Below are positions 35,948 through 48,834 of a stretch of DNA of 64,000 nucleotides, piece by piece. Position 1 is the first letter of the stretch. Every line of letters starts with the position of its first letter. This DNA comes from Podarcis tiliguerta. Lineage: Eukaryota. The stretch lies in assembly GCA_965153285.1 (NCBI GenBank), contig OZ229116.1. One strand, written 5' to 3'. The position numbers were made by a program, and so were the translations under genes. The notes beneath the pieces were generated by a model. The model worked only from the letters and a program-made list of their open reading frames with translations, was not told the origin of the DNA and ran no database searches.

Positions 35948-37595
35948 GGGTGTGATCAGGTAACCTGTGTGCCTGCTCCATCTGCTTGCCCAGGCAACTT
36001 CAAAGATTCTGCTCTCCCTGCTTATGGGCATTTTTTCTTAAACCATGCAACTCTTCACATAGAAGATTGTTCTCTGACTGTCAGATAGAGCACTGTCTCT
36101 GTAAAGCATTTGAGCACTCTGCTGAGGTCTCTGGGTGGAACGGCTGTAGGAAAGTCTGTTACAGCTGCCTCCTATATAGATTCTAATAACCCGGCAGATT
36201 AAAAGTTGAGTCTCAAAAAACACTGCTGGTATTCAGGCACATGGCTGACTCACATATTGATCTTTGTGCTGGGGAGGCAGCCAAGCTAATCCATACAAAA
36301 TCCCTCAAGGAGCTTGATCTCAACCAAGACAGATGTTATTTGCTTCTTGCTTAGGGTCAAGCTCAAAGTGATATGCTAGGAAAGAACAGCTTGCTAATTG
36401 GACCATTGAAATCATTAGTGTTACTGTTTAAGGCCGTGAGCTGCCAGGAAGGAAAGGCAGCAGAAAGGAAAGTGGATGGTTCTGTGAAGCCTCATTAATT
36501 GCTTCCTTTAGGTTGGAACTTGCTCTATACAGTCTTCATGCTTAATAAACATGAAGCCCTCCCTCTGGGGTCGCTAACCACTGGGCAGAACTGAAGGTTA
36601 GTCTGAAGTTCCTCAGACCACAGGTAATTATGTTAAACAATGGGGGAAGGTCACAATAGGATTAAATTAGGTTTCTCTCATATTTGCTGATACTGGGACC
36701 TCTTCAAAATGGTGGAGAGGTACTACATGGAAGACAGCATACTCTGGCCTCTGCCATCAGCCAGGGAACCTCAAATCACAATCCCTTTCCCTTTTGCATC
36801 ATTTCTTTTAGATTATAAGCATGAAGGTAGGGAAAGTGTTATTACTGATCATTCTAAAGCATTCTAGGAGCTTTTTCACAGGCTGAAGAGTAGGGTAAAC
36901 AAATAAAAATTAGCAACATCAAAGCTTACATTTTCGTACTTCAGTACAAACAATACAACTCCAGATTTTAAATATGTAAGTGTGGCTGCTCTGAGCCAAC
37001 CTCAGCTTGATTTGTTGGACCCTCATTTGGGCATTAATGTGGAAACATTTGCCTACCTGCTATATAGTAGCTACTTAATGGCTTTCTTATGGTGGGTGTA
37101 GATACCATAGTCTCTACCCTAGGCTGTACTCTGAGCTTTACCAAGCTTTCCTGAATACTTAGCAATGACATGAGGCTGGTCATAGAATCATAGCACTGTA
37201 GAGCTGGAATAATGCAATGAAGGAATAACCTCAGGTGTTGGAGGCTACAGTCAGAAGGCACCTCTCAACAGTTGTAGTTACCACATACTAAGGTATTAAG
37301 TGGCTACTGTGTCTTCTGTATGCAGCCTATTCCCATTCAGCATTCACAGAGATAGTACTGATTCATGCAAAATCTTAATACCTTGAACAGGGACTGGTAG
37401 TTCACTGGCTATGTGATCCCACCTCACTGCCCCAGGTGGTAAGTAGTAGACAGAATCTTCTGTTTTTCAATTGCATTTCCCAGTCAGGAGGGTTTTTATA
37501 CTCAGGACTTTTTTAGACATCCATTTATTGAGCTTTGATCTTGAGTGGTTTGTAGGGAGATTAGATGTTGGCTACTTGATGAGTATTCACTCTGC

Positions 37596-38439
37596 TGTCT
37601 GAAAGACCTACATTGGTTCCCAGTACATTTCCGAGCACAATTCAAAGCATTGGTGCTGACCTTTAAAGCCCTAAATGGCCTCGGCCCAGTATACCTGAAG
37701 GCGCGTCTCCATCCCCATTGTTCAGCCTGGACACTGAGGTTCAGCTCTGAGGGCCTTTTGGTGGTTCCCTCACTACAAGAAGTGTTAGGTTTCTATTCCC
37801 CCACTGCACCACAGATATGTGGGACTGTTAACCATCACATATCTGTGTACATTCTAACACTAGCTGTTGGAGCACGAGAATGGATGTTTTGCTTTTCACT
37901 GTTCCGTTTTCGTATTGCTGTTGTTCCCTTCTCTCTGAGAGCAAGAAGGAGAGGAGACATGTTCCCTTTTGTTGTGAACTGTAAATAATAAAGTAGCTTT
38001 AGTGCCCCCTCCCCGGGCCTGGCTTCTGCTGATGTTTTGTTTACTCTGCTAATGTGTGCCCTAGTGTCGGAAGACATCGGTCACGGAGTCCAGTCAGAAA
38101 GGAGGCAGATGATTTCTCTGGATAGCACGCAGGAGGGAGAACCAGGCAGGCATGCGTAATGGCATTTGGCTGGATGCCCACCCTTCGGTTTGGACAGTAT
38201 CCTGACAGTAAGGTTAAAGGGAACCAGACAGAGGGTCTTCTTGGTAGTGGCGCCCGCACTGTGGAAAGCCCTCCTATCAGATGTCAAGGAAATAAACAAC
38301 TAACTGACTTTTAGAAGACATCTGAAGGTAGCCCTGTATCAGGAAATTTTTAATTTCTGATGTTTTTACATTTTTTCATATGCTGTAAGGTGCCCAGAGT
38401 GGCTGGGGAAATCCAGCCAGATGGGTGGGGTATAAATTT

Positions 38440-38473
<34 letters not shown>

Positions 38474-38475
38474 GT
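37596..38475 (+). mobile_element. L2 LINE 3' fragment ending in (ATC)n, interrupted by an insertion at 37783-38207
   Basis: LKDLHWFPVHFRAQFKALVLTFKALNGLGPVYL is a typical L2 ORF2 C-terminus; the sequence resumes after 38207. Confidence 0.8.
37783..38207 (+). mobile_element. Probable solo LTR (425 bp)
   Basis: TGTTAGG...CCTGACA termini (TG...CA, inverted) and internal AATAAA at 37987. It splits the L2, but no clean TSD is visible. Confidence 0.65.
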
Positions 38476-39286
38476 CATCTTATGTGTTTTCGTGGAGGTT
38501 AGTTGACATTGCTTCAAAGCAAGCATTAACCCACACTTGCCAGTGCATTTTCTTGTCACTTTCTTTATCTCAAAAAGGTCTGATCTTTTGGGGAAGTGGG
38601 TTTGTTGTGTAAGAGCTCCAAATCAACTTTCTTTGCACAACCTAAATTTGTTGGGATGTGACTGAATTCCACCGCAAAATAGTGACAATCTGGAAGTATC
38701 CTAGTCCCCACCCCCCCTTGAAGGTGCTGGGATTATCAGCAGTCTGATATATAGACAGGCTATAGCACTGGAAATTAAATTCTGTGCAGGAAAAAACACC
38801 ATGATATATATTTGGCCATACTGTCATACGCATAATGGAGAGAGGCAATTTCCTTTATATTGGAGTCCACATACTTGTATTTGTTCCCTAAAGCAAAGGG
38901 GAACATTATGTTCTCCTGCCTCCCATCAACTCCTGCAAAGTCCCAAAAGGAAACCTTGAATAGAAAAGATTGGCTGTGATACCAAGGAACAACGCTGAGC
39001 CAAGCAAAACTGCATTGCTGGGGATGCAGAATATGGCGACACATGACCAACCCTGATATCTTTAAAATGAGGCTAGCAATGACTGTGAATCATGACAGAC
39101 ACATACTATCTGAACTCCAGTGAAAGGGATTTGAGCTGGCCCCACAACTGTGGAATTCAATCATTTTGAAGATTACACAGGCCCTTTCTATGGTGGTTTT
39201 TAAGCAGGCCCCGAAGACCTCCCTCTTCTTATACATGGAGGTCCCACTATCCAAACACAAGACATTCTAAGGAAATTGTTTGTTAG

Positions 39287-39654
39287 GTTAAGGTAAAGGT
39301 AAAGGTACCCCTGACCGTTAGGTCCAGTCGCGGACGACCCTGGGGTTGCGGCGCTCATCTCGCTCTATAGGCCGAGGGAGCCGGCGTTTGTCCGCAGACA
39401 GCTTCTAGGTCATGTGGCCAGCATGACTAAGCTGCTTCTGGCCATCCAGAGCAGTGCACGGAAACGCCGTTTACCTTCCCGCCGGAGCGGTATCTATTTA
39501 TCTACTTGCACTTGATGTGCTTTCGAACTGCTAGGTGGGCAGGAGCTGGGACCAAATCACAGGAGCTCACCCCGTCGTGGGGATTCGAACCACCAACCTT
39601 CTGATTGGCAAGCCCTAGGCTCTGTGGCTTGGACCACAGCGCCACCCGCGTCCC
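39287..39654 (-). mobile_element. Sauria SINE (Squam1), full-length
   Basis: Reverse complement of the GGGACGCGGGTGGCGCTGTGG head and (ACCTTT)n tail; CpGs well preserved. Confidence 0.92.
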
Positions 39655-40549
39655 ATGGTAGTTTGGTTAGTATCTGCATAATGAGTTGACAATTCCCCTT
39701 GATTCCTATGGAGAAATTTCTAATCTGTTTCTGACCGTGGAATTTTGACCTGAAAATGATGGGAAAAAACTAGGAAAACCCTCTGAATCCTTGTGAAAGG
39801 CAAACAAAGAAAGGAAAAATGCTCTCTTATTTGTCTCATGGTTTCTGGCAAAACAGCTGCTGTAGACCAGCAAAACACAAAAATGAAGGTTTGTTTAAAG
39901 CGGCTGGTTTGCTTACACAGGTCTGGCTGTTTGGATATCTGAATCTGAAGTGTGTATAGTGAGGTTTGGGTACTATTTTTTCTTGTTTGAATAAGTGAAA
40001 TTTCATATAACAAGCATCGGGATAGAGAGACCTGCTTGTAAATCATTTCACTAATAAATGAATGCATCAAAAGCTCCAGAATCAGAGGCAGCATTCTGAA
40101 TGCCAGTTGGTGGGGAATAAGAAAAGGAGAAGCCAGTTCCCATAGACATCTGGTTGGTCACTATGAACAACAGGAAGCTGGGCTAGACAGGTTGTTGGTC
40201 TGATCCGGTGGGGATCCTCTTATTGCCACTTGCTGCCTTTCCCCCAACACTTCACTGCTGGCTTCTAATTTCCTCTTGTCAACAGAAGTGGGAAGATTTA
40301 GCTGTTTCATGTACCATATTTAGAAGCCTTATTCCATTTAGGGCAAATGGAAACTATTAGGCTGCCACTTCCCCCTGCCTTTAACACTTAACAGGCGCAT
40401 GACCACTAGCCATTCAGTATGAGCAGTCTTCAGTGCATCTCCTTGCCAGGAAACACAGAACCTCAGTCAGTGTGGGAGGAGAGATCTCAATAATAGGTAC
40501 AATCCACAGCTGAACATGTGCAATTTCTATTTATTTCAATGAGGATGTA

Positions 40550-41250
40550 CAGGAAGAGATTCCATCGGCTTTGGCCGCAGACATTCCTGGGCTGGGATAG
40601 CTTGACCATAGCAGTCCAGGCCTTGGTAACTTCATGACTGGAATGCTGCCATGCACTCTCTGTGGGCCTCCCCTTGTGGCTGGTGCAGAAGCTGCAGTTA
40701 GTGCACAATGCTGCAGCATGATTGGTGACAGCATATTAAAACTTCTGCTCAAAGACCTGCATCAGCTGCTGATCTGCTACAAGGTACTCTGATGAGCATA
40801 TAGATCCTGATCAGCTTGGGCCCAGTATACTTGGGGAATCATCTTACCCAGGCTTCCTCAACCTTGGCCCTCCAGTTGCTTTTGGCCTACAACTCCCATG
40901 ATCCCTAGCTAGCAGGACCAGTGATCAGGGATGATGGGAATTGTAGTCCCAAAAACATATGGAGGGCTGAGGTTGAGGAAGCCTGATCTTACCCCTATTT
41001 GACTGCTTTCATCTGCAGAGCTAGCAATTTGGTATCTGTGAGGAGTTCATCTTTAGTGTAGCAGCACATGTGCTCTGGCCTTCCTGGTCTATGAACACTG
41101 AGCAGGAATTGCTCTTCTATTGTTTTAGACCCAGCAAAAATGTTTTTATTTCAGCCAACTTGTTCAAACTTGTAATTTAGTTATGTAGACTTGTGTTTTT
41201 TTACCTTTTGCTGATTGTATTTGTTTATTGTTGATAATTTGTATATTACT
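40550..41250 (+). mobile_element. Degenerate L2 fragment hosting a hAT MITE
   Basis: gcagaagctgcagttagtgcacaatgctgcagc (QKLQLVHNAAA) is an L2 RT C-terminal motif. Boundaries approximate. Confidence 0.6.
40849..40985. mobile_element. Palindromic hAT MITE (137 bp)
   Basis: CAGGCTTCCTCAACCT/AGGTTGAGGAAGCCTG perfect 16-bp TIR; perfect 8-bp TSD ATCTTACC. Confidence 0.93.
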
Positions 41251-41267
41251 GATGCATTGCTGAATAC

Positions 41268-41357
41268 CATAGCTGTCAACTTTCCCCTTTGTTTAAGGGA
41301 AATTCCCTTATTCCGAATAGGATTCCTCACAAGAAAAGGGAAATGTTGACAGCTATG
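41268..41357. mobile_element. Minimal hAT MITE (90 bp)
   Basis: Perfect 13-bp TIR CATAGCTGTCAAC/GTTGACAGCTATG; perfect 8-bp TSD CTGAATAC. Confidence 0.92.
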
Positions 41358-44225
41358 CTGAATACAGAGGAGAGTCCAAAATGATTCAGGACACAATCTA
41401 ATGTTAAGTTCAGCTATCAAAGAGGTTATAGAATACTATGCTGGAGTGCCAGCTATATTGCCATTGTGACAGATATGTTCAAACTGTTTAAATATTGTGA
41501 TTTAATTGTTGTAATCCACTCTGGGACCTTAGGTTGAAGGGCAGGTTAATAACAGCAATAATATGGTGGCAACATGTGCCAAATACACTAGGTGTATTTG
41601 TAACAAAGCTACACTGAGGGAATAGTTGAAATGGGGGGTGGGGTGGGGCAGAGTTGTGGGGAAGACATGGGCAACACAGGGTGAAGCACCATTATTAGCC
41701 TGTCTGCAATGTACACATCTCAGATTAACCATGGCTTATATCTTCAAATGATATGGAAGCTGGCCTGAGGGCGAACACATCAAACAGTAGTAGAAGCCAC
41801 ATATGAATTGTTGCTAATGTCATATGTAAAGTACTTTGCTTCAAACACCAGCAGTGGTAATGCACTGAATGGCAATGCGCACATAGCCTAAGGCAAAACC
41901 AGGAACCTTGGGCAAGGATTAAAGGGTTGATTCAGAGTCTGTATTCTAGGGCCACAGTTAATGACAGTGGGCTCCCTTGAGTGAACCTGTTATAGCAAGA
42001 TAGAATATGCACTACTGTACAAATAATAATGTAGCAGCAAAACACCTGCACAATATGAAATGGTTCACATTCAAGACATTCACCAATTATCTATAGAGAA
42101 AATTATCAAATTCTGCTTTTAATTTCACTTAAAATAAACTCAGAAGAGAAAAGGAAAATGCTACAAGAAGTCACTTACACTGTAAAATTATAAACAGAAA
42201 AAATGGAAGTGTGTGGTATTTATTCCCCAAACTATATCCTGGCATATAATAAATGCAAAACAGAAATGCCAAAATAATACTGGATTGTTCTTTCATAGAC
42301 TGCGGTAATAAACTCTGCTTAGTATGAATTAGGCCAAACAAAACAACAAAGCTATTTTTTTAACTGACCTATTTTAACCTCACCAGCATTTGCAAATAAA
42401 AGCTAGATGTAACCGACTCAAAGAGCTAAACTAAATCTCATGATGAATATTTTAAAAGGTCTTTAAATGTCACCTAGTAAGGCTTAAAATATTTCTTTAG
42501 CAATTTAGATTGTGGAAATGTGAATAAGCATACAGTATATGTAAATTTACCTAATGAAAGGATAAAAATCCTTCTGTTTATGTAGGGATTTAAAGCTATT
42601 GATCCAGCTACTCTATCTCTGTGGGTAAAATACTAAGATGGAGAAGAAAAAGGGAAATGGAGTCTGGGGAAGGGAGAATAAGTCCAATAGGAACCTGGCC
42701 AAGGGGTCAGTACCAGAGAGGATTAACCTAGAAACTAATAAAGTAAAGTCATTGTCGGATAGCAAAGAACGAGGTTAGGATTAAGTAAAATAAACTAGAA
42801 GCAAAAACAATTTCAGGCTGCTAGAATCCAAGTCCAGGAGTCTTGGTAGGACCTAGACTGTCAAGTAGACAATAGGCAGTTAATGTCCTGTAGAAGTATT
42901 AGAAAGCAACAGGAAGAGGCTTCAGGATCTAATAGAGGCTTAGAGTGTCCTAAAGCGGAAGGAAGGAAGTAGGTTATAAGGTGAAGCAAGGGCAGTGAAT
43001 GTTTACATGGACAGAGAATTACTGCAAGAACATCACTACAGTCCAGACATTCTGTACTACTTCCTTGCCCCACCTCTTCTGCACCCATAAAACAAAATAA
43101 TTCAACTGGATTGACTGATTTAAATGTGGCAAATTAGCTTCTTTGAATATAGTTCTCTCCTTGATAAAATAAAGAATGTCAGAGGAAACGGTTGAAGGGA
43201 TTCCTTTTAGGGCAGTTTTATACAGAGGAGTGGGGTTGCTTTCTAGAGGCAGGGTGTGTGTGCATAGAGTAGAGAAGTCCTTACTTTTGGCCACCGGAAA
43301 ACCCCATCAAAATGACTCTCCACTCCAGTAGTACCACTTCTTAAATTTATTAAATTCCTTTCTGTAGCAATGAGGACTAGAAATGTGCAGTTTAAAAACA
43401 AAAGGTGAAGTCCTTAGGAATTGGTGACATATAAGCACTCTTGATTGGAAGGGAGAGCCAGTGATTTAAGGCGCGCCTGGTGTCACACAAAAGCTGTGTT
43501 GTGGGCTTGCTGTCTGATTTTTGTGAACAGGTCTGCCACTGTGGTTTTTGAAAAAAAAAAAGTTTCCAGATGGATGCTGAGATTTGACGAAAGAACATCA
43601 GTGTTCCTTGAATGGTTGTGGATGATCTCCTGAATGAGCAATGCACCTGTAGTGCAGGACTCAGAGAGATGCTTAGCAGATAACTGGGTGGGGGAAAGGA
43701 AGAATTAAATATAGTAACAGGAAAGTGGTGAAGAATGCTACAGTGTTTGAAATTTACAGCACTACTTCTCTTTCTTAAGCACTGCAGCTTTTAAATTGTT
43801 TTATCATGACTTCAAAGGTGGAGAAACTGACACAGCAGCAGCTTCCTAAACTTTGTACTCATGGCAAAATAAAATTATTGTGTTTGACTTAGGAATCAAT
43901 TGAGAGCACATGCATTACTCCCTTTAACAGTAAACTCAGTGCTTCTGTAAGGACTGACATGGAGCTAAAATGAGATCACCGAGAACTAAGAAAATCAAGT
44001 TTTAAAAGGCACTACTGGATTCATTTTCCATGCTGGCGAAAGACCTGAACAGGGCCCTAACTATACATTATCATTTTGCAGCAATCTTTTTTATTGCTGT
44101 TATCACTTATAGGAGAAATCACATTGTAGGCATTGCCACCTCTCTCTGAACCAAGCATTAGTGATGCAACAGCATTAATTTAACTCATTGTCCCTCTCTT
44201 TTCATTATTCCAAACTTTTTCTTAC

Positions 44226-44336
44226 CTTGAAAAAGAGCTGAGCTGTGGTGTCTTCATTTTCACCTTCTGTATTTGTGCTCTGTGTCCTGAAGGAAAATAG
44301 ATATTGCCTCCACACTGATAGGTCATAAAAGGGCAT
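44226..44336 (-). CDS. RGS20: RGS20 long-isoform (Ret-RGS-like) first coding exon, MPFYDLSVWRQYLFSFRTQSTNTEGENEDTTAQLFFK
   Basis: ATG preceded by an in-frame TGA, 37 codons, AAG|GTAAGA donor, phase 0. Similar to recalled human PSIWTQFLPLFRAQRYNTD...ENEGD...K. Confidence 0.82.
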
Positions 44337-44387
44337 ATTTCTAAATCCAATTCCACACTCCGTTTTCTTTGGAAAATGTCAGGTTTT

Positions 44388-44394
44388 TTTTATA
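44388..44394 (-). promoter_or_regulatory. Candidate TATA box of the RGS20 distal promoter
   Basis: TATAAAA on the minus strand, 58 nt upstream of the ATG at 44336. Confidence 0.45.
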
Positions 44395-46482
44395 GAAAAT
44401 ATACTTCAAATCCAGACACGGAAGCAAATGAAAGCAGCATAAGATTAACTTCTCCTTGCATCAATGGGAAAAGTATCTGATTCTCTTGAAGTTTATTCAA
44501 TCTTTCCTGCACTGCTTACAGCTGGGAGGGCAAACAGGATTATCTGTTGTCTGTGCAGCTCCTTTGAATTCCACAAAGTATTAGTCCAAGTATTAGTGGA
44601 TTGCTTTAGCTTGGTGATTGCAAGTTGATAAAGATTCTAAAACAACAACAAGAAGAAAAATGAATCCTGATACAGAATATCTGATGAAGCATCTAAACTC
44701 ATTGTAGCCGTGACAATTAACACTGAGAGCAAAGCAGCATTGTTCAGTGAATTGGTTTTTACGTGTAGTCCTGTACAGAAAAGATTAGGCATAAGGATGA
44801 CACAGTTCCACAGGGATTGGAACGTGACACTGAACTGCTGAGTACAACTTAGACCAGTGGTATTTGTCATTCAGAGTAGCCAACAGATTTAACTAATCCT
44901 TCCTGTCTAAATGAAAATGTGACTTTAGCGATATAGGTGAACACTGAGAAACTTCAGGTAGCTTATTAATAGGTCTTTGATCCTAGCTTAAATAGCACAG
45001 AAATAATTTCTCTCTCTCTCTCTACAAATAAGACCTGATTAACCGGTTGCATTAAACCACACCATTTAAATTATATGTATCCATCATCCATTCTGCCTAA
45101 AGGTGGGAGAAGACTACAGAATGAAAACCAGGTTAAATTGTCATAATGGATTCATTCATTAGAACCTGTTAACGATATGACCACTTTAGTCTGTCAGCAA
45201 TACTTTCATAATTATATTTGTGACAAATTGGTGCCCTTTGGTTTCGCTCTGTTCTGTGCTTGCTATAATCTAATTACAGCAGCACAGTCTTTCGCAGACA
45301 TTATGTTTTGCAGAACAAAATCCCTGTTAGCTCAGCTTTTGAGAGTGATTTATATATTTGGTGCGTTTTTATGTATTATGTTGTACAGGAGGCTGCATGG
45401 TAGTGTGTGGGTTGTGTTGGACTTAGACCAAAGAGAGAGAGACAGGCTACCCTGTGGCCTATCAAATATTGTTGGGCTCCAAGCCAGCATGCCATTGGGT
45501 CAAGGATGGTGGGAGCTGTAGTCTAGTGACTCCTAGAGAGCCACAAGTTCCATATCCTTGCATAAGTCAAGTCTGTTGCCACCCTTAACACAATGAAGGG
45601 TGGGGACTAACAGTTAGATGGGCTGACCCCAAGTTATTTTATACATTCTGGGTGAGATCCAAGATCCCACCAGCAAAAGTGACCTGTTTTGCCCTTCCTC
45701 TCCTTTTCAGCCTTCTCCCCATACTTTGCTCTAGAGGGCCGCCAACTTCCTGGAGCAGATTCGGAGACTGAACAGCTGGCTGCAAGAGTGGAGAAGAAGG
45801 GGAAGTCTTGTTTGCACAAGCAGATCAGTTGCACAAGTGGGGATTACCCTCAAGGCCCTGTCTATCCCCCAATAACACACGTGGGAGGAAGAGATGTGGA
45901 AGAACATGTGCATGCAGGAAAGATTGGAATTTAGGGGCAGTAGGTTTATAGCAAGCCAGACAACCCAAGTGATTGTCATTCCAGGAAGTAAAACACCTGC
46001 AGCTACAGCAGCAAAATGAAGCTTGAAAACTGTTGATGTTTTGTCATATACTGTAATCAAATAAAAACATATGAAGGCATACATCAGGAAATACGGAATA
46101 TTGTTTCATCTCATTAAATTGCAATTTGTGTTTGGTGAAAGTATTTGAACTTTTGCTTTCGCTGTAATAAGAATAATAAATTATCATATTATTGAGTTTT
46201 GTTCCATATGTTAGCAGTTCCCACCGGAGGGTGTGCCGTTGGTTTACATTACATAAAACTGAAATATGTCATTCGAAGACTGATACTCTGTCTGATCGCA
46301 ACCCTGTACCTGGCAATTAGTCTCACTGAATTAGGTGCAATCCAAAGAAACAGAGAGGGAGCTCTTTGTGTATTGTGGGCCTTTTATCTCCAATTTGAAC
46401 ATTTACTTCCCAAAATGCACAAGAGGGATTGTTATTATTATTATTACTTGAAATAATGGGATGCACAGCTATAATAATAATG

Positions 46483-46719
46483 CAGTGGTACCTCGGTTCA
46501 TGAACTTAATCCGTTCCAGAAGTCCGTTTGACTTCTAAAATGTTCAAAAATCAACGTGCGGCTTCCGATTGGTACAGGTGCCCCAGAAACAACAGCCAAC
46601 ACGCGTATTGGAAATTCGGCTTCTGAAAAACGTTCGAAAACCGGAACACTTCCAGGTTTTCAGTGTTTGGGAGTTGATTTGTTTGTCAACTAAGCCGTTC
46701 GAGAACCAAGGTTCCACTG
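46483..46719. mobile_element. Tc1/mariner MITE
   Basis: CAGTGGTACCTCGGTTC...GAACCAAGGTTCCACTG-TA. Confidence 0.82.
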
Positions 46720-47134
46720 TAATAACAATTTTTTTATTTATTCCCCACCCATGTGGCTGGATTGTCATCTCACCACCACACTTACCATCCCCCCCACATT
46801 AACCCTCTAGAATAATAATTTAATAATTTATTATTTATACCCCGCCCATCTGGCTGAGTTTCCCCAGCCACCCAAGGTACCACTGTATCCTACTTTTAAA
46901 AGACATCTGAAGGCAGCCCTGTTTAGGGAAGTTTTTAATGTTTAATGCTGTATTGTGTTTTTAATATTTGATTGGGAGCTGCCCAGAGTGGTAATAAATT
47001 ATTATTATTATTACTATTATTATTATTCCTACTCAAATTGAAATACTGCCCCTCAATGAGGCCAAACTTAGATTCACAAAATGTTTAGGGGTATGCGTCC
47101 CCCTGCGTCCCCCCAGAAAAAAGCACTGACTACA

Positions 47135-48365
47135 GGAGTTTGCGGATATAATCTCAGAGCCATTGTCTATAACCTTTGAGAATTCTTTGAGAACAGGTGA
47201 GGTCCCTGCAGATTGGAGACAGGTAAATGTTGTCCCATCTTCCAAAAGGGGGAAAAGAAAACCCAAGTAACTACCAACCAGTTAGCTTGATGTCAATACA
47301 GTGGTACCTCGGATTAAGAACTTAATTCATTCTGGAGGTCCGTTCTTAACCTGAAACTGTTCTTAACTTGAAGCACCACTTTAGCTAATGGGGCCTCTTG
47401 CTGCCGCCACACGATTTCTGTTCTCATCCTGAAGCAAAGTTCTTAACCCGAGGTACTATTTCTGGGTTAGCGGAGTCTGTAACCTGAAGCATATGTAACC
47501 TGAAGCGTCTGTAACCCGAGGTACCACTGTACCAGGAAAGGTCCTAGAACAGATCTGTATATGAGCACTCTGAAAAGAATGCTGTGATTACTACAACTCA
47601 GCATGGGTTTCTCAAAAACAAGTCATGCTAGACGAATCTCATTTCTTTTTTGATAGAATTACAAGCTTGGTGAATCAGGGAATGCTGGGGATGTAGTGTA
47701 TCTTTTTAACAAAGTCCCCCGTGATCTTCTTGCAGAGAAGCTGGTAAAATGTAGTCTGAACAATGTAACTGTTGGGTGGATTTTTAGCTGCTTGACTGAC
47801 CAAAACCCAAAGAGTACTCCACTGATGGAGAAAAAAGTGACAAGTGAGATGCTTGCTATTGTTCAACGTCTTTATAAATGACTTGGAAGAAGGAATTGAG
47901 GGGGTGCTCATCAAATTTGCAGATGATACCAAAATGGGAGGAGGAGCTCCCATTTCTGTCTGCCGCAGAAGGCAGAATTGGGATTCCAAATGACCTTAAC
48001 AGATTGGAGAACAAGACCCAAACTAACAAAATGAATATCACTAGGGGAAAATGTCAGGTTTTAAGCCGCTGCACAAATATAAGATGGGGGACCCCTGGCT
48101 TGTCAGTAGGCGGCGTGAAAAGGATCTAGGGGTCTTAATAGACCACAAGATGAACACGAGTCAACAGTGTGATGCAGCAACAGCAAAGTAAGCTAATGTT
48201 CTTCTAGGCTGCATCAACAGAAGAAACAGTAAGAGATCAAGGGAAGTAACAGTACCACTCTTCTGCCTTGGTCAGACCACACCTGGAATGCTGTGTCCAG
48301 CTCTGGGCACCACAATTTAAGAAGGATATGGACAAGCTGGAACTTGTGCAGATGATCAAAGTTCT
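47135..48365 (+). mobile_element. CR1 LINE RT fragment (degenerate), interrupted by a MITE
   Basis: Recognisable CR1 RT remnants (ADIISEPLSI...[41 protein letters not shown]) with frameshifts. Confidence 0.88.
47299..47529. mobile_element. Tc1/mariner MITE nested in CR1 (same family as 10132-10389)
   Basis: TA-CAGTGGTACCTCGG...CCGAGGTACCACTG-TA; body nearly identical to 10132-10389. Confidence 0.92.
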
Positions 48366-48721
48366 ATGTTTGTGTACGTGCGCGCGCTGCGGGGAGGGCG
48401 AGTGCATTGGAGGTCATTGCGTTACTAAACTTGCCACGGACCAGGCTATATGATTGTTTTATCACAGCTGCCTGCAAAGGCTCTCTTCAAACTCTCCCAT
48501 TAACCCTCCAATAACGTTAGAAAATAAAAAGAAAAGCGTTCTGTGACGCTGAAAATAAAAGTTGCGTCTACACAGCGCTCTAACGTACCGGCCCAGCACG
48601 CTCGCCCTCGCCGCGTCCCCCGCCTCCTCTTTTGGCTAACATTTCCCGCTTCGCGAACGGAGCCTTCCGGGGACCCGTAGCGTCGCCCTATCTCGGCCGC
48701 TGTTGTTGTCAGCTGAGCGCA

Positions 48722-48731
48722 GTCACATGAC
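48722..48731. promoter_or_regulatory. CLEAR/M-box element GTCACATGAC (MiT/TFE site)
   Basis: 9/10 match to the CLEAR consensus GTCACGTGAC near the TSS; ATP6V1H is an established TFEB target in mammals. Confidence 0.75.
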
Positions 48732-48834
48732 CGTGAGTCTCGGCTGTCCCTCTTCTGCTTAGCTGCTGAGTCTGGGTCACCCGTTGCCGCTGCGGATTCC
48801 GGGGACTTCATCTCCGGCCTACGAAGCGAAGGAG
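48730..48834 (+). other. ATP6V1H: ATP6V1H non-coding exon 1 (start approximate)
   Basis: Consensus donor GAG|GTAAGT after 48834, inside the CpG island. Confidence 0.75.

Noticed and set aside
42600-43360. Possible old LINE remnant
   Set aside because: The composition is suggestive, but I could not read a diagnostic motif.
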